From assembly GCF_006345805.1 (NCBI RefSeq), contig NC_043018.1, forward strand, positions 23,684,001 through 23,748,000: a stretch of 64,000 nucleotides of DNA, in the 5' to 3' direction. Origin of the DNA: Octopus sinensis (Eukaryota). Under the pieces are notes generated by a model. The model saw nothing but the letters and a program-made list of their open reading frames with translations, was not told the origin of the DNA and did not search any database. Made by a program: the position numbers and the translations under genes. Of the stretch, positions 27,581 through 35,380 are shown piece after piece. Each line of letters starts with the position of its first letter. The stretch's first letter is position 1.

Positions 27581-28006
27581 GCAGAAGCAACAGGGCTAGT
27601 TTGATAAATGCTAACACAAATGGAACAAGAGACGGACTGTTGAACGACGTGAAAGGTTACAAGGGAACAATTCAAAGGGTGACAGACAAAATGCAAAAAT
27701 ACAAAATTTAAGAAGTTGTGCACAATAAACTGTAAGCTGAAAAAAAGGGAAGATGGTAAAAGAAATAAGCAGTCGTTTCAGGTGAACCCTTTATCAAATA
27801 GTGAGAAAAGAAGCAAGAAAAATATATAAAACTGCGCGTGTGTATGAATTCGTGTTTCTCAAAGAATATAATATAATATACACAGAACGAGGAAAAAAAT
27901 AACCGAAACAGGATAAACAAACCTCATGCAGCTGTTCCCTAGCAAGACTTTGTTCCCATTTCGCTGTAGCGTGTCCATTAGCATACTTTCCTATTTTCTT
28001 AGACAT
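701..28006 (-). CDS. SPAG17: Sperm-associated antigen 17 (PF6 homologue, axonemal central-pair protein), 5' part; 11 exons, 565 codons in window, presumably continues left of position 1
   Basis: Hand-spliced GT-AG exons with matching phases: 27923-28006, 22638-22778, 19242-19430, 15407-15575, 13368-13562, 10636-10802, 7877-8024, 6696-6847, 4338-4475, 818-1082, 701-747. Peptides are collinear with vertebrate SPAG17 as I recall it (KWEQSL; LLAKLIKFKLL; LKKRSEE..YIDDEPEFG; TTLDMRYY..VPLILHAMIEQVVA; DGLNQDLAKHL; EFLHFC). Confidence 0.9.
818..1082 (-). CDS. SPAG17: SPAG17 exon 10 (VIDDKLEEKEVPKEEPLRLISYQD...EFLHFCSKDGTSHK)
   Basis: Acceptor ggttatag, donor A|GTGAGT, phase 0 to 1. Confidence 0.82.
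1180..1399. mobile_element. piggyBac-like MITE (TTAA target)
   Basis: TTAA|CCCTTTC...GAAAGGG|TTAA; related elements at 6308-6615, about 10238-10448, 21408-21610, 39519-39729. Confidence 0.8.
1950..2190 (-). mobile_element. RTE-clade LINE 3' end
   Basis: C-terminal zinc finger CLHCDRSFQARIGLIGHLRTHQ*, short 3' UTR and (CAT)n tail. Confidence 0.75.
2211..2605 (+). mobile_element. Non-autonomous Helitron
   Basis: A|TC start, CCCGAGCAACACCGGG hairpin, CTAG|T end; relatives at 26255-26553(-) and about 56493-56830(+). Confidence 0.8.
2640..3010 (-). mobile_element. RTE LINE reverse-transcriptase C-terminal fragment
   Basis: RVRAGWRRF..LFNRTVMPAMLYICESWSL..QRAMERS. Confidence 0.8.
3972..4264 (-). 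mobile_element. Solo LTR (Gypsy-like)
   Basis: GC-rich 293-bp island with TG...CA ends (minus strand TGTGGGA...CACTACA), ATAAT on both sides. Confidence 0.65.
4338..4475 (-). CDS. SPAG17: SPAG17 exon 9 (VVAIERRILPPREYQPPPTFDGLNQDLAKHL...)
   Basis: Acceptor atttattag, donor GAG|GTGAGT, 138 nt. Confidence 0.88.
4941..5349 (+). mobile_element. tRNA-derived CORE-type SINE, family A (octopus OR-like), full length
   Basis: A/B-box head GGCG.AGGAGTGG..GGTTCAGTCC, CCTTGGGCAAGT core, internal (TA)(TG) tract, CCAGCATGGCCGCAGTC tail. Further copies near 3371-3780(-), 5401-5756(-), 8890-9230(-), 32160-32500(+), 37932-38260(+), 40485-40890(-). Confidence 0.88.
6696..6847 (-). CDS. SPAG17: SPAG17 exon 8 (...TTLDMRYYDDLMDTIPMECVTVPLILHAMIEQ)
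   Basis: Acceptor ttttattag, donor CAG|GTTTGT, phase 1 to 0; strongly conserved motif. Confidence 0.9.
7877..8024 (-). CDS. SPAG17: SPAG17 exon 7 (CAKLYEKFAFTLYGIVEKQRMYRNFIRNTKIIAVPTI...)
   Basis: Acceptor ccttttccag, donor A|GTGAGT, phase 0 to 1. Confidence 0.86.
8231..8495. repeat. 17-bp G-rich minisatellite, about 15 copies
   Basis: (ACAACATGAGGGGAGGG)n. Confidence 0.92.
9619..9853 (-). mobile_element. SINE family B (Nin/Deu-domain-like), full length
   Basis: GGCGGCGAGCTGGCAGAA head, GAGTTCAAATTCC B box, GCCGAGGTCGACTTTGCCTTTCATC domain; dozens of copies, e.g. 38810-39040(+), 23705-23925(-), 17795-18005(-). Confidence 0.82.
10636..10802 (-). CDS. SPAG17: SPAG17 exon 6 (QEEAVAAETERLKKAMDYFWKW...)
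   Basis: Acceptor catttcag, donor GAT|GTAAGA, phase 1 to 0. Confidence 0.86.
10843..11044. mobile_element. Mariner-type MITE
   Basis: TIRs CACGAGGGTGTGCCGAAAAGTTCCTGGC / GCCAGGAACTTTTC..CCTCATG, TA flanks. Confidence 0.75.
11271..11317 (-). ncRNA. Minimal hammerhead ribozyme motif, U3 core variant
   Basis: ATATGCG-TTGACGA-GAGG CAATTA CCTT-GAA-ACTATAGT-C^CGTATGT: 7-bp helix I, 4-bp helix II, palindromic helix III. Confidence 0.65.
11318..11945 (+). mobile_element. Decayed mariner transposon (5' TIR and transposase remnant)
   Basis: GHKAAETAHDIN..KWFKRFHSGD..SGRPS..KWVPHDL..IVTCDEKW with stops and a frameshift. Confidence 0.85.
12640..12860 (+). mobile_element. CRE/NeSL-like non-LTR element C-terminal fragment
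   Basis: YLFQPVALETFGGAGPLTVKFL..SNA, typical of the region after a restriction-like endonuclease. Confidence 0.6.
13368..13562 (-). CDS. SPAG17: SPAG17 exon 5 (DDEPEFGPNYYAVISGFYEP...)
   Basis: Acceptor ctgcacag, donor G|GTAAAT, 195 nt, phase 1 to 1. Confidence 0.88.
14165..15393 (+). mobile_element. Three head-to-tail family A SINEs
   Basis: Heads at about 14165, 14507 and 14978; the first two share an identical variant tail, suggesting local duplication. Confidence 0.85.
15407..15575 (-). CDS. SPAG17: SPAG17 exon 4 (RKASLQTVDLKK...LKKRSEEIYDYKYI)
   Basis: Acceptor gttgttcag (an in-frame CAG 18 nt downstream is an alternative), donor G|GTAAAT, phase 0 to 1. Confidence 0.82.
15884..15926 (-). 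ncRNA. Minimal type I hammerhead ribozyme motif (Penelope/retrozyme type)
   Basis: CCAC-CTGAAGA-TTGTC GTTCAA GACAT-GAA-ACAATTGT-A^GTGG: intact core, helix I CCAC/GTGG, palindromic helix III, GUA cleavage triplet. Confidence 0.75.
18545..19035 (-). mobile_element. RTE LINE 3' fragment
   Basis: YGAEMWPLLKTLEKRI..RALRTIKSIRWYHHVSNKELY. Confidence 0.75.
19242..19430 (-). CDS. SPAG17: SPAG17 exon 3 (VNVYGNPKGRGKDAPQYVEVCEACKAFIDSKEPIPSELLAKLIKFKLL...)
   Basis: Acceptor ttttctag, donor AAA|GTAGGT, 189 nt; absent from the ORF track. Confidence 0.88.
20496..20907. mobile_element. MITE with ~30-bp TIRs and 8-bp TSD (possibly Merlin-like)
   Basis: GGATCTTTTCAGTTTGAACGGCAGTTTTTT / AAAAAACTGCCGTTCAAACCAAAATGATTC, perfect TSD CAAGATTT. 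Confidence 0.8.
20965..21305 (+). mobile_element. tRNA-derived SINE family C
   Basis: GGCGCGTGGCTCAGTGGTTAGAGC..TCGAATCCC head then GTGTTCTTGAGCAAGGCACTT; relatives at about 10020, 22020, 43393, 54858. Confidence 0.8.
22638..22778 (-). CDS. SPAG17: SPAG17 exon 2 (SSWKVFIALIAEDKPED...SLYKE)
   Basis: Acceptor tttcttacag, donor GAG|GTCAGT, 141 nt. Confidence 0.88.
23290..23560 (+). mobile_element. Second R4/Dong 3' fragment after a (TAA)n tract
   Basis: LWSMKRVYIMPIIVGSLG, homologous to 60082-60300. Confidence 0.75.
24015..24330 (+). mobile_element. Helentron/HINE-like non-autonomous element
   Basis: GTTTGTTTGTGTGTCTGT..GATTTGGATGAAACTT..CCTTGGTGGAGGTTTGTGCTCT architecture. Confidence 0.55.
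25000..25390 (-). mobile_element. RTE-clade LINE 3' end with tandem zinc fingers
   Basis: TCNVCARPCLSKAGLMSHLRCH..HICRACGRK. Confidence 0.7.
25677..26216 (+). mobile_element. Internally deleted Tc1/mariner element
   Basis: TA|CAGGGTGCAGTGAATAAATTGTCGTCTAA TIRs; remnant ETNKTPCNTKDELRARI. Confidence 0.78.
26255..26553 (-). mobile_element. Non-autonomous Helitron
   Basis: Reverse copy of the same TC...CCGAGCAACGCCGGGCGATACTGCTAG termini. Confidence 0.8.
26724..27396. mobile_element. Long-TIR (~90 bp) foldback MITE; a related copy lies at about 28161-28884
   Basis: CATAACTGCCAGAAAAATGGATACTTTTTAACGAAATTTTCAACAAA and its reverse complement at 27309-27356. Confidence 0.7.
27923..28006 (-). CDS. 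SPAG17: SPAG17 coding exon 1 (MSKKIGKYANGHATAKWEQSLAREQLHE)
   Basis: ATG at 28006, donor GAG|GTTTGT, 84 nt, phase 0. Confidence 0.85.
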
Positions 28007-28073
28007 TGTGTCACCCTGAGGTTGGCGAAGTTATAAAGTTCTGTCTCTCAATTCATGACCACACAACGCTGCC

Positions 28074-28086
28074 GTTACTAGGAAAC
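28074..28086. promoter_or_regulatory. RFX X-box upstream of SPAG17
   Basis: GTTACTAGGAAAC 68 bp upstream of the ATG of a motile-cilia gene. Confidence 0.6.
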
Positions 28087-29606
28087 GGGGTACGCTATAA
28101 TTAGTGTCACGCAACCAACTATGGAACGTCAAAAGTACAATAAATAACTTTCGCATAACGACATAACTGCAGATACGTGCCTCTTCCTGATATTTCTTTT
28201 TTTTTTTTCCTAACTTTCTGAAAAATGCATATTTTTTAATGAAATTTTCCAGAGATACATTTTAGATGGTGTAGATAAGGGTTATATCAGAATTCGTTGT
28301 GAGAGGGGAGAGGAGTTTCGGATAATTCACACACCTTGATGTTTCCTCATAATTTTCTGAAACATTTCGGATGGTGTTGATAACGATTATGTCGGAATTT
28401 AATGTGAAAGAAAAATGGGGTGGTGTCGGATAATTCACACATCTCGATTTTGTTTCCTCGTATATTTTGATAAGGTGTCTTAATTATCCGTCCCACTATT
28501 TTTGTCTCATCAAATTCGATAAATTGTAATCTACACCACAACTTCCCAACAATCCGGTCGTAGAACACTTGGTACCGAACTGCACAGAAAGAATAAATTT
28601 TTAAATCTTTATTTCTATTTTATTGATTCTCGCAGTCTACGGGGGGGGTTGTTTTATATATGTAATATCTATTTATTATATATGTAATAATTAAATTTAT
28701 ATTATGCACGTAATCGCGTTTTGTTATGCGCTTGATGCCCCGGGTCCATGCCGCAAAAAAAAGCTGGAGATCGCTGCTCCACACCATTTAAAATGTATCT
28801 AAGGAAATTTTCATTAAAAACGTGCATTTTTCAGCAAGTTATGATCAAACAAAATTGAATGGAGGCACAGATCTGTAGTTATGCTCTCATAGCTAATCTA
28901 TTTCAAATACGACAACCACTCAGCTTTTACACTTCGAAACCAAAACAGAGTAGAAAGTCACAGCTGCGCCAATGCGTTTTTTGTTGGTTATATTGATATT
29001 TAGCGCTTGGGTCAGCTATTGCTTGGCAGTAGATCTACGATGGAAAGCTTTCCAGAACTTTCTTGAACTTTCTTTTATCTTGAACTAGTTTCAGCCATTA
29101 AACTACGGTCATGATGGGGCACCGTCTTGAAGGGTTAAGTCGAACAAATCGCGAAGTTACGTTGGCATAAACAAATCAAGCTTAGTTGACAAGCGATGGT
29201 ATGACGGATTTCAACACTGTTCCCGTCTGCCAAATTCACTCACACTTGGTCGGTCGGGGCTGTAGTAGAAGAGATACGTGTCCAAGGTGTCGCAAAGTGG
29301 GACTGAAGCAGAAACCACGTGATTGCAAAACGAAATTCTTAACCACAGGGCCATACCGGCGTTTTTTTTTTGTTTGGCATTATTTATTTATTCAGATAGT
29401 GTGTCGTTAAGGAAATTTGGCTGTTATTTCTAGCGTATCAAATGGCTGCTTATTTACTGATAAATTTACTAGGGCAGGGGAGATTTTAGTTTCAACGATA
29501 TAGAAATCATGATGCACCACTGATATGATGCGAAGTGCTTTCCATTCTGAATGTTGAACTACCAAAAGCTGACAAGCTTCAAAAATCAATTTTTAAAAAA
29601 TAAAAA

Positions 29607-29995
29607 GGCGAAGGAGTGGCTGTGTGGTAAGATGTTTGCTTCCAGCTACATGGTTTCGGGTTCAGTCCCACTGCGTGGCACCTTCAGTAGATTTCTTCTG
29701 CTATAACTCTAGGCTGACCAAAGCCTTGTGAGTGGATTTGCTAAACGGAAACTAAAAGAAACCCGTCGTATATATGTGTGTGTGTGTGTTTATCCCCTAC
29801 CGCCGTTTAACAACCGGTGTTGGTTTGTTTACATCTCTTTGACTTAGCGGTTCAGTGAAAAGAAGTTGATAGAGTAAGTACCAGGCTTTAAAAGAAACGG
29901 TAAATTTTTTTGAGTGACTCAAAAAATTTACCGTTTAGGGTGATGCCCCAGCATGGCCGCACACTAACAACGACTGCAACAACATAAAAGACAAA
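29607..29995 (+). mobile_element. Family A SINE immediately upstream of MECR
   Basis: Family head, core and tail; ends about 40 nt before the MECR ATG. Confidence 0.8.
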
Positions 29996-30035
29996 GTTTA
30001 CGAAGGGAGATAACTCTTATATTACTTCTTTGAAC

Positions 30036-31157
30036 ATGGCGGCTACGGTATTGAGAAACCTGGTCCGGGTCAGTGTTATTCCCAATTACTCGATAATCAG
30101 ACATTCTTGTTCACGTTTATTCTCTAGTAATGCACGAACATCGTTTGCTGTCATTTACGAACAGAATGGAGATCCTAAAACGGTATTGAAAAGTAAGGAG
30201 CATCCATTGCCCTCTAAAATCAAGGACAACGAAATTTTGGTGAAAATGTTGATGTCACCTATTAACCCAGCGGACATCAATATGATTGAAGGAACGTACA
30301 TGATAAAGCCACCACTTCCTGCTATCGCTGGAAATGAAGGTGTCGGTGAGGTGGTGGAAACCGGTGATAACGTTAAAAAGTTTAAACCTGGAGACTGGAT
30401 CCTCCCTCTGAAAACAGGTTCTGGTACATGGCAAACACATGCAGTCTACAGTGAATCCGACGTACAGAAGATCCCGAACGACATCCCGCCCTTAGTAGCA
30501 GCTACCATCGCTGTTAATCCTTGTACTGCTTATAGAATGATGAAAGATTTCGTCAAACTTGAACCTGGCGACGTGATTATTCAAAATGGTGCTAACAGTG
30601 GAGTTGGTCAAGCTGTTATTCAGTTGGCTTCCGCATGGGGGCTTCGGACCGTCAACATAGTTCGAACGAGACCTGACATCGATGCACTAACTGCGGACCT
30701 GAAATCACAAGGTGCTACCCATGTTGTCACTGAGGAATTCTGTCGTACCCCTGATATGAAAACTTTGATTAAGGATCTTGGCAAAGCACCGAAATTGGGC
30801 TTTAACTGCGTTGGCGGAAAAGCGGCCACCGAACTACTTCGAAACCTCGCCCCTAACGGTTACATGGTTACCTATGGAGGTATGTCTAAACAACCAGTTA
30901 CTGTTCCTACTGGGGTGTTTATTTTTAAATCCTTAAAGCTGGTTGGTTTTTGGATGAGCCAGTGGAATACTGACAATTTCAACACACCCCAGAAAACCGA
31001 AATGATGCTAGACCTTTGTCATCTGGCACGCCAGTCTAAACTATTAGCGCCAATTTCTGACCTGGTTCCTATCACATCCTTTGATAAAGCAATTGCTGAG
31101 GCACTCAGGGGATTTAGCAAGAAACAAATTCTGGTTATGGATAAAACTTTATTGTGA
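30036..31157 (+). CDS. MECR: Mitochondrial trans-2-enoyl-CoA/ACP reductase (MDR superfamily), intronless, 373 aa
   Basis: Uninterrupted ORF from aacATGG. R/S/L-rich acid-free N-terminal transit peptide; SPINPADINMIEGTY (catalytic Tyr), GNEGVGEV, ATIAVNPCTAYRMMKDF, QNGANSGVGQAVIQ (NADPH loop), NCVGGK, MVTYGGMSKQP, GFWMSQW. Confidence 0.96.
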   Translation: MAATVLRNLVRVSVIPNYSIIRHSCSRLFSSNARTSFAVIYEQNGDPKTVLKSKEHPLPSKIKDNEILVKMLMSPINPADINMIEGTYMIKPPLPAIAGNEGVGEVVETGDNVKKFKPGDWILPLKTGSGTWQTHAVYSESDVQKIPNDIPPLVAATIAVNPCTAYRMMKDFVKLEPGDVIIQNGANSGVGQAVIQLASAWGLRTVNIVRTRPDIDALTADLKSQGATHVVTEEFCRTPDMKTLIKDLGKAPKLGFNCVGGKAATELLRNLAPNGYMVTYGGMSKQPVTVPTGVFIFKSLKLVGFWMSQWNTDNFNTPQKTEMMLDLCHLARQSKLLAPISDLVPITSFDKAIAEALRGFSKKQILVMDKTLL

Positions 31158-31939
31158 TCTAAATAGCTTAATGGAAGGACCAATATATTTTTAAGACTTG
31201 CGTAAAACTTTTCTTTTAATTAAAACACTGAATGCTATAACAATTAACTCGTGCAATTAATGCAATAGGTAAAGCTTTAAACATTTTAAAAATATACTGT
31301 ACATATATAAATATCTTTGCACAATATATATTTGTGAAAATATTGCATATTTATGTTTTTTATTTGGAATTGCAACGAGTGTTGTAGACTAGGTTCCTAG
31401 TAAGCTTACATACATTTCCATTCCTTGTTTAATCTAATAATTCTTCAAAAATATGATGATGTTGACAAAGTACCTAAATTTCATCTGGAAGGTTAAAAAA
31501 AATATTCAAGTTTTTATAGCAAAACAGTAATTTGATGAATGTTTGGCTGTTTGCAACAAAGGTTCTGTTATCATTGCCATCCTGTTTCACCAAAGTATCA
31601 GGTGATGATCTTAGGAATGCTTAGGTCCCTGCAGTGCGGTAATGCTTGACAACAGGTATTGGTTTGTTCATGTCTCTGTTATTCAGCAGTTTAGCAAACA
31701 GAGTCTCATGGGGTAATTACCAGGCTTTCAGAAGAAAACAAGAGTTCCGGTGTCAATTCTTTCAATTAAAACCCTTCAAAGTGACACTCCAGCATGGCCA
31801 TAGTCAAATGACTGAAACAAATAAAAGATATATACACACACTCATGTATGTATATATGCATATATATATATATATATAAAAACTTGAATATTTTTTTTAA
31901 CCTTCCAGATGAATTTTAGGTACTTTATATATATATACA

Positions 31940-32150
31940 CAGTAACCCCTCGCCATATCGTGGTTCACCTATTGTGCCCTCAGTACATCGCAGATTTTTC
32001 TGGCTAATATATGTAAATTTATATCGCAGACTCCGTAGTATATCTGGGTTTCTGCAGCTGATAAGTATAAGTATTTATATTCCTTTAGGATTATATTATT
32101 TCTGTTGGCGGTTTTGGAACGTAACACCTGTGATAGTCAAGGGATTACTG
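31940..32150. mobile_element. pogo/Tigger-like MITE
   Basis: CAGTAACCCCTCG / CAAGGGATTACTG TIRs. Confidence 0.65.
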
Positions 32151-32498
32151 TGTGTGTTGTGTGGTAACTAGCTTGCTTACCAACCACATGGTCATGGGTT
32201 CAGTCCTACTGCATGGCACCTAGAGTGTCTTCTACTATAGCCTCAGGCCGACCAAAACCTTGTGAGTAGATTTGGTAGATGGAAACTGGAAGAAGCCCAT
32301 CATGTGTGTGTGTCTGTGTTTGTCCCCCCAACATCGCTTGACAACCAATGCTGGTCTGTTTATGTCCCTGTAACTTAGTGGTTCAGCAAAAGAGACCGAT
32401 AAAATAAGTACTAGGCTTACAAAGTATAAGCAATGGGGTCGATTTGTTCGATTAAAGGCAGTGCTTCAGCATGGCCACAGTCAAATGACTGAAACAAA

Positions 32499-32536
<38 letters not shown>

Positions 32537-32882
32537 GACAGCTTCTGTGCAGTGTCCATCTACCAAATTTCATTCACAACATCAGTGGCATGGAGAGGGG
32601 AGGCTGGCATGCATGGATGACTGCTAGTCTTTTATAAACCACTTTACCCAAACTTGTACCTAGGAGAGGAACTTTCTAGGTGCATCCCATGGTCGTTCAT
32701 GACTGAAGGGAGTCTTCTAGTTTGGTTCTTAAATTAGCTAATAATTCGATTTGATATTTAATAGGATATTTACTTTTAAAAACTAAAATTTAAAGGAGCA
32801 ATTAACCAAAATTTTAAAAAATTGTACTGTTCTAAACAGGGGAGTTATCGGCTCCATAAGGAGAACATGGGGTCAAACAACA

Positions 32883-33318
32883 CCAACCATGGTTCATGGT
32901 CTCAAAAATTTGTCCTACGAAGAAAGGCTGAGGACACTCGACCTTTATTCTCTTGAAAAACGCCGCCGCTGTGGTGATCTCATTCTCGCCCACAACATCA
33001 TAAGCGGAAAGTGTAACCTCTTGAAAGAGCTGTTCTTCACTCCTGCTCCAGAGCGTCGGCTGCGGGGTCATTCCGAAAAGCTCTACCTGCGACGATTTCA
33101 TCTCAATCGAAGGAGAGGAGCTTTCTCCGTCCGGGTTGCGGATCTGTGGAACAAGCTGCCAGACGAGATGGTGAAGACGCCGACGACCGCTTTGTTCAAA
33201 GCCTCCCTTGACCTCAAGTGGCCTGAACTCTTTACATGAACACCACCCTGTACTTAACTCCATGTCCCCCTACATGGCCTTGCTATTTGCTTTTGAGCCA
33301 AATTAACTAACTAACTAA
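32883..33318 (+). mobile_element. CR1-clade LINE 3' end, 5'-truncated, young-looking
   Basis: Intact frame LSYEERLRTLDLYSLEKRRRCGDLI..RGHS..FSVRVADLWNKLP, (CTAA)n tail. Confidence 0.88.
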
Positions 33319-33837
33319 CATATCTGTAGAACTATTCCAACTTTTGATATGAATGATAAAAGACAAGCAATTAACCTAGAAATAGAACAATTTTATTATT
33401 CCTCAATCTCATACAGCATTTGGTTACCAACTTGATTCTGAAAGATACAAATTTTTTTCCTTATTTATTTATTTATTAATATTATTATTTGTAACATTAG
33501 CATTATTCTTTTATTACATTAATATATATATATATATAATTAGTGAATGGAAGAAATGGAGCTGAACGAAGATTCTTCCATTCACTAATTATATTAAACT
33601 TCAATTATCCGCGCCAACGCATGGTTGCAACACCCTATGGTCATAACTCCAACCGTGTTTTTTCTGCTGTGATTTTTGCTACCCAGGTATCGGTTAAACT
33701 TTTGAATAATCCGTAACAAGATAATTCATCTTTCCATTTCAACAAATATATATATATATATATATACCGGAGTAAACACATAAATGTGAAACAAGGTGGA
33801 AAAAAGAGTACTCAAATACCAGTGGTAGAGTAATATG

Positions 33838-33995
33838 CTTTATTTAAAGCAGCAGAAAATTCAACAAAATCTGTTACTCTGAGTTTCTCGTTGCCGTTCA
33901 TCAGACAGTTTTTGCTAGCAAAAACTGTCTGATGAACGGCAACGAGAAACTCAGAGTAACAGATTTTGTTGAATTTTCTGCTGCTTTAAATAAAG
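33838..33995. repeat. Perfect 158-bp palindrome
   Basis: 79-nt arms, no spacer, centre GCT|AGC at 33916/33917. Confidence 0.95.
33921..33967 (+). ncRNA. Minimal type I hammerhead ribozyme motif (mirror copy on minus strand at 33866-33912)
   Basis: AAAACTGT-CTGATGA-ACG GCAA CGA-GAA-ACTCAGAGT-A^ACAGATTTT; helix II is short and opens with an A.A mismatch. Confidence 0.7.
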
Positions 33996-34113
33996 TATAT
34001 ATATATATATAAAGTTAATCCAAACAAGAAAACAAAAACAAAAAAACAACAACGCAAGGACGTGGAACAAATAAAGTATTATTGGATACTCAGGAAAGAA
34101 GGGAAGAAGGAGG

Positions 34114-34148
34114 GTTTGACGTTTCGAGCGGAGCTCTTCGTCGGAAAC
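34114..34148 (-). ncRNA. Minimal hammerhead ribozyme motif, C4 core variant
   Basis: GTTT-CCGACGAA-GAGC TCC GCTC-GAAACGTC^AAAC. Confidence 0.6.
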
Positions 34149-34213
34149 ATAGGAGAAGGAAAGATCCCAAGAAGGGAAGACGGGAAAAAAATCGCTAGTG
34201 ATACAGACGAGGT

Positions 34214-34281
<68 letters not shown>

Positions 34282-34283
34282 CA

Positions 34284-34427
34284 CAGTCATGGCCAAAAGT
34301 TTGGAACATAGGTCTAAAAATTAGAATTTTAATATTAAATGCCCAAAGTTATATTTGGTCAGAACATATATTGGGCATCACAATTTTAATTTTTTTTTTA
34401 AATGTTCCAAACTTTTGGCCACAACTC

Positions 34428-34429
<2 letters not shown>
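34284..34429. mobile_element. Tc1-like MITE
   Basis: CAGTCATGGCCAAAAGTTTGGAACA / TGTTCCAAACTTTTGGCCACAAC TIRs. Confidence 0.75.
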
Positions 34430-34469
<40 letters not shown>

Positions 34470-34894
34470 GAGAGAGATATATAGACAGACAGATATTAGA
34501 AAACATGAGTTCAAAAAGAACAATTCAAACTTTTGCGGGGGGCCAGAAAGAAAGAAAGAATGATTTCTAATAAAGATTCATCATATTCATAAGAATCAGC
34601 CAGAGCAAGTAGTAAGAATATGAAAATAATATTTGAGGAGATTCATTATAGATATAAAAATATACCAAAGCTGCAAAGACATCACAAAAATTGTTCCCAT
34701 TCCGTTCTGTTAGATATTTGGAAGAAATATTACAACAAATATTAACAAGAAAGGTAACAAATATTTTTTTAAAATGGAACATTTTCTCCACAAATGTGCT
34801 TAGTCTTTTAATGTTCTGTGTGAGTAATTGATTATAGTTACCAGTAATTACTATATAACCATTGATATTATTATCCATTATAAACACCAACAGC

Positions 34895-35380
34895 CCACAA
34901 AGAAGGTTGTCTATAGACGCTCAACCTGCTAGAAATAGCAGCCAAATATTCTTCAAATTACAGAATCTTTGAAAAATGTAAGGAAACATCAGAAAATGTT
35001 CTGGATATGGTCATGCTTGGAATCCCTCTGATTATGGGCCTTTTTGATCAGGGTTGGCTTGGAACTAAATAACTAATGGCAACAAATATTAAATACCATA
35101 GCTACAAATACTGATGTAGCCACCAATACCAGAACCCTCTATGTGGTCACTCGATCTGCTAGAAATAGCAGCTAAATTTCCTTCATACTTCATCCTACCA
35201 AGTCAGGAAAGCAAATAACACATTGAATGAAGTGGTCTGTGGTCACAGCTGAAAAGTTTTTGATTATAAGCCTGCTTGGCCAAAGCTGACCTGGAGCTAA
35301 ACAACAAAAACAACTATAGGTACCAATACTAACCTTCATGGACACTATACCTGCTAGAAATAGCAATCAATTATCCTTCG
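34895..35380 (+). repeat. Dispersed repeat family with CTGCTAGAAATAGCAGC motif, three adjacent copies
   Basis: Motif at about 34926, 35156 and 35352; also 53385, 53562 and reversed near 29420, 35785. Confidence 0.6.

Noticed and set aside
30030-30035. TTG start given by the ORF track for MECR
   Set aside because: An in-frame ATG in good context lies at 30036.
34567-34890. 107-aa AT-rich ORF
   Set aside because: No motif or splice support; composition typical of non-coding AT-rich DNA.
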